Assembly: GCA_964413425.1 (NCBI GenBank)
Contig: CAYPST010000001.1
Span: 25,942 to 89,941, forward strand
Length of the DNA: 64,000 nt
Source: an uncultured bacterium
GTDB lineage: Bacteria > Fidelibacterota > JAANXI01
Direction of reading: 5' to 3'
Shown here piece after piece: positions 28,335 through 37,679 of this stretch. The number at the start of each line of letters is the position of its first letter. Position 1 is the stretch's first letter. The notes under the pieces are model-generated. The model saw nothing but the letters and a program-made list of their open reading frames with translations, had not been told where the DNA came from and did no database searches. The translations under genes were made by a program, and so were the position numbers.

Positions 28335-30149
28335 TCAGTTCCAGAACTGCCACCGTACCCCAAGAAAGAAGACGGGAAAATGCGCGCGCTGATCCAGGGC
28401 ATATCGTAACTGGTAAGCCAGGATGTTGTAGAATGATGTGGAAAGAGTGAAGGGGCCGACCTCTCCGATGAGGTACAAATGGATACAGGCACTGGCGGCC
28501 GGCGCGGCAAGGCCCGGATAATACGTTATACTCTGAATCGCCGGGCTCCAGCCTGAGGGCTGCCGTGAAAAATACATTCCATTCTCCACATAGAGATGCA
28601 GCAGCAGATTGTTCTGAAAGAGATACCGCTGGAGGTGCAGCCAGCTGGTCACTGATTGCCTGCTCCACAATTCCGGCACCACCTGGGTCATCTGGGGATA
28701 ACTGATGTATTGCGATCCCAGGGAAAGCCAGGGAAAGGGGTCGATTCCAACCCGGGAATGCAGCCCGATGAGTCGTCCGGCACTCTGGCGTGCCATCAGT
28801 GAGGTGCCTGCGTCGCCGGCGGAAGATGCATGTATCAGGGTATACCAATCCTGAAAACGTATATGTTCAGCAATGAATTGGAGAGAGCTCCAGTCGGTTA
28901 CCTGGAATTCCACTCCCGCCTGCAACCGGTCCAGCCGGGTCAGAGCAGGCCTGCCATTCCTTTCCAGAAGAGGGTTCTCTCCATAGCTCCATTGCCGGGG
29001 CGGCGCGGAGACTTCCCGGCGGTACCTCCCGGTGACCGTTAAAATATCCCACCATGAATAGGAAATCCGGAACTCTGGTAACAGGAGGAGATCCCATCGG
29101 GAGACTCTGTTGAGGCCTATCTGCGTTGCCCCGGCTTCCAGGTTTACATTTGATCCCTGGTAGTAGGCACGAAATCGGAGGTGATGCCAGTGCTCGTCAG
29201 TCCTGGGAGTGGTCTCCGACTGGTGCTGGAAGATATTGTATCGATAGAATAATTCGGACAGCAGCAAGCCCCCCAGGGAGGCACGCGCACCAATCCAGCC
29301 GCCCCGCTGTACCTCCATTAATTGGGTTGTGCCGGCGGTCCGGTTCAGCCAGAGCCGGTGAGAACCCAGGTTCAAACCACCATACAGGGTGCCGAGGTGA
29401 TGAGTGGTTCGCCATTCCAGCTGGTTATAATACCAGCTGCTGAATTCATCTCCGATCTGTTGCATATTCGGTAAAGCGGTGGTCCAGTTCAGCTGATCTC
29501 TGGTATAAAAGGTATTATAGAAAAATATAGTCGAATCACTCACCTGATGATGCACTGCAGCATAATATCTCTCGTTCTCCAACCCTTCCAATGCGTAAGG
29601 TCCGACATATCCCTCACCTTCTCTGGCCAGATGCAGATGAGTCTGTTCCGTGATATCGGCAGCCAGGCTGATGGAGAGATCATTCAGAGCGTAATCGCCT
29701 TTTTTATAGGCCACATTTACCAGGGGCTCTTCTCCCTTCTCCAGAATATGCGTTCGGAGAGGATATTGGAGTTGACCATCCTCCCGGAACCGAAACCCGA
29801 TGATGGCGTGCTCGGGAAAATATCGGGAAGGGATGGTTGGACGCAGCCTGGTGCGAATCCGATGGTTTTGAATGTATATGACATTCCCGTATTGCGGACC
29901 GGTGACCCCCTGCCAGAAGCCGGTGTTTCCGGTCTCTTCGCGCGGAAAAAAACCGGGAGGATGCATAATCATCAATTCATGCAGCCGCGAACGTATGGCA
30001 ATCGGTACGGTCTCTGTATCGAGAATGATTTGCGTGCTGTCCGGCTCCCGGATATGCAGAGAATCTACACTTTGTGCTCTTATCCGGATCGGAGCTAATG
30101 CCAGAATGGCAAAAAGAATTGTGGCAACGCGTCTGTTTGAAGAACTCAT
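28335..30149 (-). CDS. outer-membrane beta-barrel protein (hypothetical porin-like)
   Basis: 604 aa; cleavable signal peptide; alternating amphipathic beta-strand pattern; C-terminal aromatic residues (...RWQFWN) as in beta-barrel OMPs. Confidence 0.5.
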   Translation of the reverse strand: MSSSNRRVATILFAILALAPIRIRAQSVDSLHIREPDSTQIILDTETVPIAIRSRLHELMIMHPPGFFPREETGNTGFWQGVTGPQYGNVIYIQNHRIRTRLRPTIPSRYFPEHAIIGFRFREDGQLQYPLRTHILEKGEEPLVNVAYKKGDYALNDLSISLAADITEQTHLHLAREGEGYVGPYALEGLENERYYAAVHHQVSDSTIFFYNTFYTRDQLNWTTALPNMQQIGDEFSSWYYNQLEWRTTHHLGTLYGGLNLGSHRLWLNRTAGTTQLMEVQRGGWIGARASLGGLLLSELFYRYNIFQHQSETTPRTDEHWHHLRFRAYYQGSNVNLEAGATQIGLNRVSRWDLLLLPEFRISYSWWDILTVTGRYRREVSAPPRQWSYGENPLLERNGRPALTRLDRLQAGVEFQVTDWSSLQFIAEHIRFQDWYTLIHASSAGDAGTSLMARQSAGRLIGLHSRVGIDPFPWLSLGSQYISYPQMTQVVPELWSRQSVTSWLHLQRYLFQNNLLLHLYVENGMYFSRQPSGWSPAIQSITYYPGLAAPAASACIHLYLIGEVGPFTLSTSFYNILAYQLRYALDQRAHFPVFFLGVRWQFWN

Positions 30150-30447
30150 AAAAAGTGGATCGGTCTACTTTCGAAAATCCGGGTTCACTGTAATTTGAAA
30201 TAATACATTTCTCTGCCGGTTATTTATCTTTCCCTCATATTTATAAGCCAGCATTTATAATATGGCAATTAGATCTGCTCAGGCAGAATCGTTGAAACGG
30301 CCAGGAACGGGTATGGTCTTCATAGCCCCCAGAGATATACTCTGAAGTAATGAAGCACGCTCCGGATTTTATATGTATGTTCATGGCTTCTCCGGTTATT
30401 TCGTAATGATGGCAGACGTGGTTCGTGAAAAACATCACCCCGCTGAC

Positions 30448-30999
30448 CTATTTGATAATCTCCGTAATGCCTAACTGCTTATGGATGGTCCGTAAAATCT
30501 GTGGGACAAGAATGGCGAATATGATGCCATTACTGACCACATGGACTCCCGAAAGTCCCAGACCGGCCAGCACAGTGCCCCACATCTGGACTCCGGAGAA
30601 ACCTGCGGCCAGGGGAAAACTGATGGTTGTGAGCAGATCATAGACCACAGTCAAGAGCGCCCCCAGGAGTCCCAGCGCGAGATAACCGCCTCCGGTGGCA
30701 AGGAAGAATATTTCGCCTTTCCGGGTCAGACCGCCTGCCAGTCCCACCAGCCCGATAGAGATCACCTGCGCAAGCAATAAAGGAGGAAAGAGAAATCCGG
30801 ATCCGACCGGATTCATTCCCGAATAAATGACTTCCGTCAGCGCGCCAATCAGTGCCCCCATACCCGGGCCCAGAAGCCACCCGCTGATGAAGACGGTGGC
30901 GGTGATCATCTCCAGATTCGGCAGCGCGATCAGGGCAAATCCCAGAGCGACGGCCAGAGCGATAAATAATCCGCTGTAGGCGATCCGGCGTGTACTCAC
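30448..30999 (-). CDS. small polytopic membrane protein, ECF-transporter S-component-like
   Basis: 183 aa; 5-6 predicted TM helices, glycine-rich; 4-nt overlap with the upstream yhaM-like gene; substrate unknown. Confidence 0.4.
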   Translation of the reverse strand: MSTRRIAYSGLFIALAVALGFALIALPNLEMITATVFISGWLLGPGMGALIGALTEVIYSGMNPVGSGFLFPPLLLAQVISIGLVGLAGGLTRKGEIFFLATGGGYLALGLLGALLTVVYDLLTTISFPLAAGFSGVQMWGTVLAGLGLSGVHVVSNGIIFAILVPQILRTIHKQLGITEIIK

Positions 31000-31967
31000 T
31001 CTTCGGACTCCTGCCTCCCTTTGAAGAGCGGGTACGGAAAGCGATAGGTCGGCTGTGTCCAGGTGCCCGGCGCGGAATCGTTGCGGAGAGTGGTAAGCAA
31101 CTGTTGATAGGTGGTGTCGAATCGATCCAGCATAGCAACAGCCAGCGCTTCCAGATTGGCCGGGCGCCTGGCAGCACCTGATTCGAGCGTTTCCTGATGA
31201 GCCAGGATAATGTGTTCCAGCTGTAACAGAAGATCATCCGGGAAGTCCGGAAAATGCTCTGTCACCGTTTCCCGGACAATATCTCGCCCCAGAACCACGT
31301 GGCCGATAAAATGGCCCTCATCGGTATACTGGCGGTCAATATCCGATTTGATTTCCAGTAACTTGCCGATATCGTGGAGCAGCAACCCGGCAAGAAAGAG
31401 GTCCCGGTTCAACTCGTAATAATGATCCGCAACCAGGATTCCCAGCTCGCCAAGCGACCAGGTATGTTCCAGAAATCCTCCCCGGTAGATATGATGCTGT
31501 GAGACCGAGCCGGGATGGGTTTTTATTTCCTGCTCAAAGTCATGATAAATTTGCTTCACCAGCTTGTGAAGATGGATCTCTTCCAGGCTGCCGATGATTT
31601 TCTCTACCGCCTCCCACATATAAGCGATATCATATTCCGTGGAAGGCACAATATCCCGATAGGTTAACCCGAACCGCTCAACCTGGTCTTCTTTGGCCGG
31701 TGTAATCTGGTCCACCACCAGCTGCAATTTGCCATTATATTCTTCCACCTCGCCGGTCGCCGCCACCACCATGCCCTGCTGCAGCCATTCCAGGGCCTCC
31801 GCCGGGACGTTCCACCATTTTGCCTGCACGGAACCCTCCCGGTCGCTCAGCACACAGTCCAGAAAAGGATCCCCTTTCCGGGTGAGCCGGCGATTCATCT
31901 GGGTCAGCTGATAGAATCCCTTGACGTTTTGTCCGACTTTGAATTTCTGAATGGGCGTTAACTTCAT
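30996..31967 (-). CDS. OB-fold + HD-domain 3'-5' exoribonuclease (YhaM-like)
   Basis: 323 aa; N-terminal OB-fold nucleic-acid-binding domain; HD motif (LLHDIGK). Confidence 0.7.
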   Translation of the reverse strand: MKLTPIQKFKVGQNVKGFYQLTQMNRRLTRKGDPFLDCVLSDREGSVQAKWWNVPAEALEWLQQGMVVAATGEVEEYNGKLQLVVDQITPAKEDQVERFGLTYRDIVPSTEYDIAYMWEAVEKIIGSLEEIHLHKLVKQIYHDFEQEIKTHPGSVSQHHIYRGGFLEHTWSLGELGILVADHYYELNRDLFLAGLLLHDIGKLLEIKSDIDRQYTDEGHFIGHVVLGRDIVRETVTEHFPDFPDDLLLQLEHIILAHQETLESGAARRPANLEALAVAMLDRFDTTYQQLLTTLRNDSAPGTWTQPTYRFPYPLFKGRQESEE

Positions 31968-32104
31968 AATCTTGCCATTAAATTACACAAAAATTTCATT
32001 TGACATAAGGATAATTTCCCCGGACCGATTGACTTCCTATTCTCACAAACCACCAAACACTGGTAAAATATTGAAACAAAACAGTTGTTACTTGTCCGCA
32101 CTTG

Positions 32105-33505
32105 TCACATCAACAGCTGAATCTTCTCCACGTACCCATCCGCATCGAATTTCCGCTTCAACCCATTCGCATTCATATACCGGACCTTCCCGTAGACGGG
32201 ACGTTCTTTCCATCCCTGGTCATGATTACCGAAGCACCAGGCAACCCCGGCATAGCCGTTGGGATCCCGTCCGTCGAGTTCGTACTTGTTATTTAAATAG
32301 AGTGCAATATCATACGCTCTTCCCGGATGCTCCGTCCACTCCAGGATCTTCTTCCCCCAGTACATCCGCATGTATCCGTGCATTTTCCCGGTAAGAACCA
32401 TTTCCATCTGAGCGGCATTCCAGTAAGGATCATGGGTCTCTGCTCTCTCAAATTCTCCCGGGGAGTACATATATTCACGCGTATCTTCTGCATGTTCGGA
32501 CAGAGTTACCCCAGCCCACTGTGGCAGGCAGGAAAATTCATCGTAATTTTCGGTGTAATAACAAAAATTCACGCTCAGTTCCCGCCGCACAATCAACTCT
32601 TCCAGGTAAGGGTCTTTGCCCGGACTTTCAGTCTCCAGGATCTTCCCGGCGATATAGAGCGGAGAGATTTGGCCGAAACGGAGATAGGGACTCATGCGTG
32701 AGAGGGCGTCTTCCACCGGATTATTACGGTCGATATCATATCGATCCAGTTTCTTCGCGATGAAAGTATTCAACAAATCACGTGCACGGGAAGTCCCGCC
32801 CCGGAAGTGCTCAGTCGGTGTCACCGATCGATCAACGTCAAGTGCGTGCAGCACAGCAGAGATATCCGAAATGTCTGCAGACCGGATACTAGGGCCGACG
32901 GAGGGATTCCTCACCTCTTCCCGCGTTACCGGGTGGAGAAATTTATCCAGATGGCGGTGTATTTTTGGCCGGATGGTTCTGGCAGCATACTCGCGTTTCA
33001 AAGTAACTTCCTCCACCGGGACCACCACATCAGATTCCACCTGGAATAAGGGACAATCGATGTTCCCGGCAACCTCCCGGCGCCACTGCCTCTGGATGCG
33101 CGTGTACCCGCGATCGGTAACCATAAGTACTGCCCGCCGGGAAAATTCTATGGCAACCCGTTCCGGAGACTGATAACGAATGGCCATCTGAATTCCGCGC
33201 TCTCGTAATTTCTGCTGTGTTTCCTGAAGCCCTTCCAGCATGAACTTGTAATGCCGGGCATTGGCCTCAGGATACTCACCGGTAATGCCGAACACCACCA
33301 GCGGCGGCACATTCAAACGGTTCGCATGCTGAACGGCAAACTCCAGAGCGTGATTGTACTCCTCTCGCTGAGAAGCCTGCATCCAATAGATCACATACTT
33401 CCCGGACTGCCCTGTGTGATCAGTCAGTCTTTGAACCCGCTCGGTCGGAATCATCGCCTGCGCCTCTAATGAACTTTTCATTCTCCCGTCCTCCTCCCGT
33501 GTCAA
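32105..33505 (-). CDS. phr: deoxyribodipyrimidine photolyase (class II CPD photolyase-like)
   Basis: 466 aa; photolyase N-terminal alpha/beta domain and FAD-binding C-terminal domain (WN...M...HGYMRMYWGK). Confidence 0.8.
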   Translation of the reverse strand: MTREEDGRMKSSLEAQAMIPTERVQRLTDHTGQSGKYVIYWMQASQREEYNHALEFAVQHANRLNVPPLVVFGITGEYPEANARHYKFMLEGLQETQQKLRERGIQMAIRYQSPERVAIEFSRRAVLMVTDRGYTRIQRQWRREVAGNIDCPLFQVESDVVVPVEEVTLKREYAARTIRPKIHRHLDKFLHPVTREEVRNPSVGPSIRSADISDISAVLHALDVDRSVTPTEHFRGGTSRARDLLNTFIAKKLDRYDIDRNNPVEDALSRMSPYLRFGQISPLYIAGKILETESPGKDPYLEELIVRRELSVNFCYYTENYDEFSCLPQWAGVTLSEHAEDTREYMYSPGEFERAETHDPYWNAAQMEMVLTGKMHGYMRMYWGKKILEWTEHPGRAYDIALYLNNKYELDGRDPNGYAGVAWCFGNHDQGWKERPVYGKVRYMNANGLKRKFDADGYVEKIQLLM

Positions 33506-33976
33506 TCATCGGTCCTTTCCGAACCGGTGTCTGAGGATTTCCGCCCGGAAGTGAAAAATGTCGTTCAGGCGTTTCCGGACGACGAACTTATGCACCAATT
33601 CTCCTATTATGCTCAGCGGCATGGCATAATGGACAATATCTTCCATTCTGGTGCCAGAAGCGGTTTCCCGGAACAGATGCTGATGATGCCAGAACCGATA
33701 CGGTCCGAAGCGCTGTTCATCTACGAACATCTTCCCGGGATGAAAATGAGTGATTTCGGTAATCCATCGGAGGGAGACGCCGGGAAATACGCCAATTCGG
33801 TACGTGATTATCAGACCTGCATACATCTGATCAGGTACCTCCGAAGTGATGCGAAACCGCAGCCAGTCAGGTGTGATGTCAGCGAGATTCCCGGGATCAG
33901 AGAAGAAATTCCATGCCTCCGCTAACTCAACCGGCAGCAGCTGCGTGCGATGAATGCGATGAAGGTTCACGTTCAA
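33506..33976 (-). CDS. SRPBCC (START/polyketide-cyclase-like) family protein
   Basis: 156 aa; abuts the photolyase gene with no intergenic gap. Confidence 0.6.
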   Translation of the reverse strand: MNVNLHRIHRTQLLPVELAEAWNFFSDPGNLADITPDWLRFRITSEVPDQMYAGLIITYRIGVFPGVSLRWITEITHFHPGKMFVDEQRFGPYRFWHHQHLFRETASGTRMEDIVHYAMPLSIIGELVHKFVVRKRLNDIFHFRAEILRHRFGKDR

Positions 33977-34037
33977 TCAGTTCCAACCTTTCCTGCCTCG
34001 AATGATACTTCAGTTATCAGAAGCTACAGTTATAATT

Positions 34038-34733
34038 TCACTTTAAAAGCACCAACCCGAAATAGAGTATCTGGGCAAAAAATATATGCTTTGCTAACAT
34101 AGGCGCCTGATTCGGTACGGCATTGAACCGCAGACCGAGAACCGTGAAGAACAGACTTATTACGAACCAGGCGGTGTAATTCCGGAGCGGAATGCCCCCG
34201 CCAAACCAATGCCAGTACCCCAGTGTGACAGCCACTTGCTCCAGAAGGAAATCAAACAGGACCATCGACACTGCAATCAAAAGTCCCCGGAGCAGCCATT
34301 TCTGTTGTGTATTTTTCACAAGCCAGTCAACAACGCCGTTTGACGCCAGAAGCATCCCCAGCCATGCGAAACCGATTGCCAGGGGTACTCCCCGAATCAC
34401 CGGCCGGAGCACCTGGCCGTATTGATACTTTCCAAAAATTACGCCCGTTTGCGCCCCAATTAGTTCTACGAAAAAACTTGCGCCCAGCACAAAGAAGCTC
34501 CAGGCAATGAATACCAGACGACTGTGAGTCGACAGAATCCGATAATACTCACCTGCTAACCATATCCCGAGAACGATAATAACCGGCCCAGCCAGAATTC
34601 TCATGGTATCCTGCAATATTCCCAGGAGATGCCAGAACCCGCCGGCCAGGAGTATAAAGTAGAGCGCTCCGAGCTTGATCCGGGATATATGCTCCCGGTT
34701 GAATCCTCTCCGGATAAACCCGAATCTCCTCAT
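34038..34733 (-). CDS. membrane carotenoid biosynthesis protein, CruF-like (putative carotenoid 1',2'-hydratase)
   Basis: Polytopic membrane protein of about 230 aa from the internal Met at 34733 (the longer ORF would overlap the upstream gene by 86 nt); position in the carotenoid operon next to GT2 and acyltransferase genes mirrors cruF in Salinibacter/Rhodothermus clusters; assignment by context. Confidence 0.5.
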   Translation of the reverse strand: MRRFGFIRRGFNREHISRIKLGALYFILLAGGFWHLLGILQDTMRILAGPVIIVLGIWLAGEYYRILSTHSRLVFIAWSFFVLGASFFVELIGAQTGVIFGKYQYGQVLRPVIRGVPLAIGFAWLGMLLASNGVVDWLVKNTQQKWLLRGLLIAVSMVLFDFLLEQVAVTLGYWHWFGGGIPLRNYTAWFVISLFFTVLGLRFNAVPNQAPMLAKHIFFAQILYFGLVLLK

Positions 34734-34767
34734 ATCTTCCGTATGTTCCTGTCTTGTTAGCCAGCCA

Positions 34768-35889
34768 TTAAGGCGAGTGAAGAACAATGTCCCGCCCCTT
34801 CCAGTGTATAACCCCTTTCTTGACTTGCCGGTAGGAATCCACACTGATGACAAGCGTTAACAGGACCGCTACCGGATGCAGCAGAACACTTAGCAAAATG
34901 GGATGCCGAAACCGCAGAGCCAGCCCGCCCCTGATAAGCACATTCACAGCGATTGCTGCCCCTGAAAGCAACGCAAATGGCCGGAACCATATCACCGCGT
35001 AAGGGGCGATGGCCGTCAGCAACATCAGCGGCACAGCGACCCAGAAGAGCACGCTGTTATAGCCGGTCAATCCGAACATGATTTTCGTCATACCCTCCCG
35101 GGTCTCCTGCATTGTGCGGTACATTCTGGCAAATACCACCCCGGTCCCGGCTGCCGTCATCATCCGGATCCCGGCGGCTTTGGCCTTCCGGGCCAGCTCA
35201 ACATCTTCAACTATTTCTACGCGAACAGCCTGATGTCCTCCCAGCGATTGATACATGTCCCGCGTACATGCCAGCCATTGTCCGTTGGCTGCCGATAAAG
35301 ACGGAGCCGAAAACCGCAAGACAGCCCAGAGGGGCAGAGTACTGTAGAGAATCACGTCTATCATCGGTACCAGGAGTTTTTCCGGAACCGTCCGGGTTAT
35401 CTGCTGCGGAAATGCAGAAAATAATCCAAGATTACGCTGCTGCATCCATGCGATCGTCCTGGTCACTGCATCCGGAGCACACCAGTTATCCGCATCCGTG
35501 AAAATGAGCACCTCACCGCCCGCCACCTGACTCAATTGATGACAGGCCCAATTTTTTCCGGTCCAGCCAGGGGGTACCGGCTCCCCCCGTATCAGGGTGA
35601 TATTCGAATGGCGGGCAGCATACTCTTCTACCAACTCGCCGGTTTTATCTTCCGACCGGTCATCCAGCACCAGAATTTCCAGGGGTTCATAATTCTGCCG
35701 CACCAATCCCTCCAGGCACCGACTGATATTGCTGGCCTCATTCCGGGCCGGGACCAGCAACGAAACCTTTACCTGCTCAAGGACTGCTCCGCTCTGGCTC
35801 AACTGCGGGCCCCAAATAATATTCATGTACGAAATGAGCAGCAGGATGAAAAGCAGGGCGAAAATAACTGAAGCAAAGTACAACATCAC
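34768..35889 (-). CDS. family 2 glycosyltransferase (CruC-like carotenoid glycosyltransferase)
   Basis: 373 aa; N-terminal TM helix; GT-A fold motifs (LVPARNE, DD, TDADN DxD motif); C-terminal TM helices. Confidence 0.7.
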   Translation of the reverse strand: MMLYFASVIFALLFILLLISYMNIIWGPQLSQSGAVLEQVKVSLLVPARNEASNISRCLEGLVRQNYEPLEILVLDDRSEDKTGELVEEYAARHSNITLIRGEPVPPGWTGKNWACHQLSQVAGGEVLIFTDADNWCAPDAVTRTIAWMQQRNLGLFSAFPQQITRTVPEKLLVPMIDVILYSTLPLWAVLRFSAPSLSAANGQWLACTRDMYQSLGGHQAVRVEIVEDVELARKAKAAGIRMMTAAGTGVVFARMYRTMQETREGMTKIMFGLTGYNSVLFWVAVPLMLLTAIAPYAVIWFRPFALLSGAAIAVNVLIRGGLALRFRHPILLSVLLHPVAVLLTLVISVDSYRQVKKGVIHWKGRDIVLHSP

Positions 35890-35896
35890 CGAAATC

Positions 35897-36616
35897 CTAA
35901 GTAAACCACTCTTTGAATTGCCGGTATCTGGTATGGACTGAGGGCGTACCCTTCAGGAGAGGTGTGGCTGGTGGTTCCGTTTTCATATGATCAACCAGTT
36001 CGTCCAGCAACTGGGTCTCCTCCTTCTCTAACCATGGCATCCCCGGAAATTCCTGGCCAGTGATTACGTGATTTTCACCAAAGAGGACAAACACCTCCGG
36101 ACGCTGTTCCGCACACAACTCCGCTTTTATCGCCACGGGGATGATACTGACGCTGCCCTGATAACGAGTGAGAACCCACTCCAGTCCGCTTCGAAAATCC
36201 AGCGGACGCTGAAACCAGGACACCAGATCTCCCTGGGGAAAAATGCAGACCAGCGAGGCGGGTTTACTGTGCTCGTCCAGCAACTCCAGAGTATATTGCA
36301 GCGATTCCATCATCCCCTTCCGTGATTCCAGTGGAATGGAGTAAGCCCCCACCTTCGCAAAGAACCGGAACGACCGAAGCTGGTCCTCGGTCACCATGAG
36401 ATAGAACGGCCGCTTGAAGACCTTCACATTGAGCAGATAGATTAAGAATCCGTCCCACCAGGTGCTGTGATTAGGTGCAAGCACTACGGGAATCGCCGGG
36501 GCAGTCGAAGGAATATCACCATAGATATAAATCCCTGCAAAGGACTTCCTGAGCAGCCGAAAAATGTAGGAACGGAAGATCTGCTCGAACCATCCTGAAT
36601 GAGCGGCTTTAATCAT
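35897..36616 (-). CDS. lysophospholipid-acyltransferase-family protein (CruD-like carotenoid glycoside acyltransferase)
   Basis: 239 aa; H(X4)D motif NHSTWWD; located between the GT2 gene and crtB. Confidence 0.65.
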   Translation of the reverse strand: MIKAAHSGWFEQIFRSYIFRLLRKSFAGIYIYGDIPSTAPAIPVVLAPNHSTWWDGFLIYLLNVKVFKRPFYLMVTEDQLRSFRFFAKVGAYSIPLESRKGMMESLQYTLELLDEHSKPASLVCIFPQGDLVSWFQRPLDFRSGLEWVLTRYQGSVSIIPVAIKAELCAEQRPEVFVLFGENHVITGQEFPGMPWLEKEETQLLDELVDHMKTEPPATPLLKGTPSVHTRYRQFKEWFT

Positions 36617-36760
36617 GATCCGGTGCCGTGCCCAGTGTTAAAAACTTGAATTTCAGTACCGGGCCATGGATACACGAGTCCACACTCAAATTTTCCGAAT
36701 TCATACTGGCAGCCATTCCCTCCTCGTTACATCCTGCGATTTCTACCCTGTCAGGAACCA

Positions 36761-37675
36761 TTATGTATTCACCGACACCATTTGCTCTTGCCTGAACGAC
36801 AGCCTGGTTCGGAGGATTTCTCCGAGCAGGATTTGCAGTTTCTCGGTCTTTGGTACATATACACGTTCCAGGAACGGATTATAGCCGCGCGCTTCAATCT
36901 TTGCGAGAATGCCCCGGTAGATCTTACTGGCAGCGTAAATGGCAAATTGAGCATTCTTCTCCAATAACTGGATGCCTGGCTGGGCTTCATCGTAATATCG
37001 GTGGGCTCTGCTCACCTGAAAGGTCATGAGGTCCTGCATTGCGTCAGACATAGTACCTGCCTGAACATGATGATCTCTCAGATTAAACCTTCCCAGTTCA
37101 TCCTGGGGCAAATATATTCTGCCTCGTCCGACATCCTCTTTCACATCCCGCAGAATATTCGTCAACTGCATGGCAATCCCCAATTTTTCTGCGTATGCAA
37201 AGGCCTCCTCACTCTGGTATCCCAGAACATAGGTCATCATAATCCCCACAACGCCCGCCACCCGATAGGCAAACAGATACAGATCATCAAAGGTCTCGTA
37301 GCGTGAGAGCCGGAGGTCCATTTCAATGCCCTGTAACAGCTCCTGCGGATATTGTTCCGGAATCTCATATTCCCTGGCAACAATAATGAAAGGCTGCAGT
37401 ACGGGATGTTCTGATTCTCCGGTGCGGTAGGCGACACTGAGTTCCTCGGAGAGATAGGAGATCTCCCGGCTCAGCTCTTCAACAGAGCGCTGCCGGGGGT
37501 TATCTATCAAATTATCTGCATACCGGCAGAGGCCATACAGTGCATAGGTGGCCCACTGCTTCTGCTCCGGAAGCATCCGGGCGGAAAGATAGAAGCTTTT
37601 CGAGTGATGCGCCGTCAGCAGCCGGGCATGTTCGAATGCCACTTTGTTTTCGCCATTCATCCAGTGGTATTTCAT
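36761..37675 (-). CDS. crtB: phytoene synthase
   Basis: 304 aa; squalene/phytoene synthase Asp-rich motifs (YCRYADNLID, DLRLSRY region). Confidence 0.85.
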   Translation of the reverse strand: MKYHWMNGENKVAFEHARLLTAHHSKSFYLSARMLPEQKQWATYALYGLCRYADNLIDNPRQRSVEELSREISYLSEELSVAYRTGESEHPVLQPFIIVAREYEIPEQYPQELLQGIEMDLRLSRYETFDDLYLFAYRVAGVVGIMMTYVLGYQSEEAFAYAEKLGIAMQLTNILRDVKEDVGRGRIYLPQDELGRFNLRDHHVQAGTMSDAMQDLMTFQVSRAHRYYDEAQPGIQLLEKNAQFAIYAASKIYRGILAKIEARGYNPFLERVYVPKTEKLQILLGEILRTRLSFRQEQMVSVNT

Positions 37676-37679
37676 ACAA

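Noticed and set aside
30241-30438. 65-aa ORF in the leader upstream of the OMP gene
   Set aside because: His/Cys-rich odd composition and no RBS. It is more likely part of an untranslated leader.
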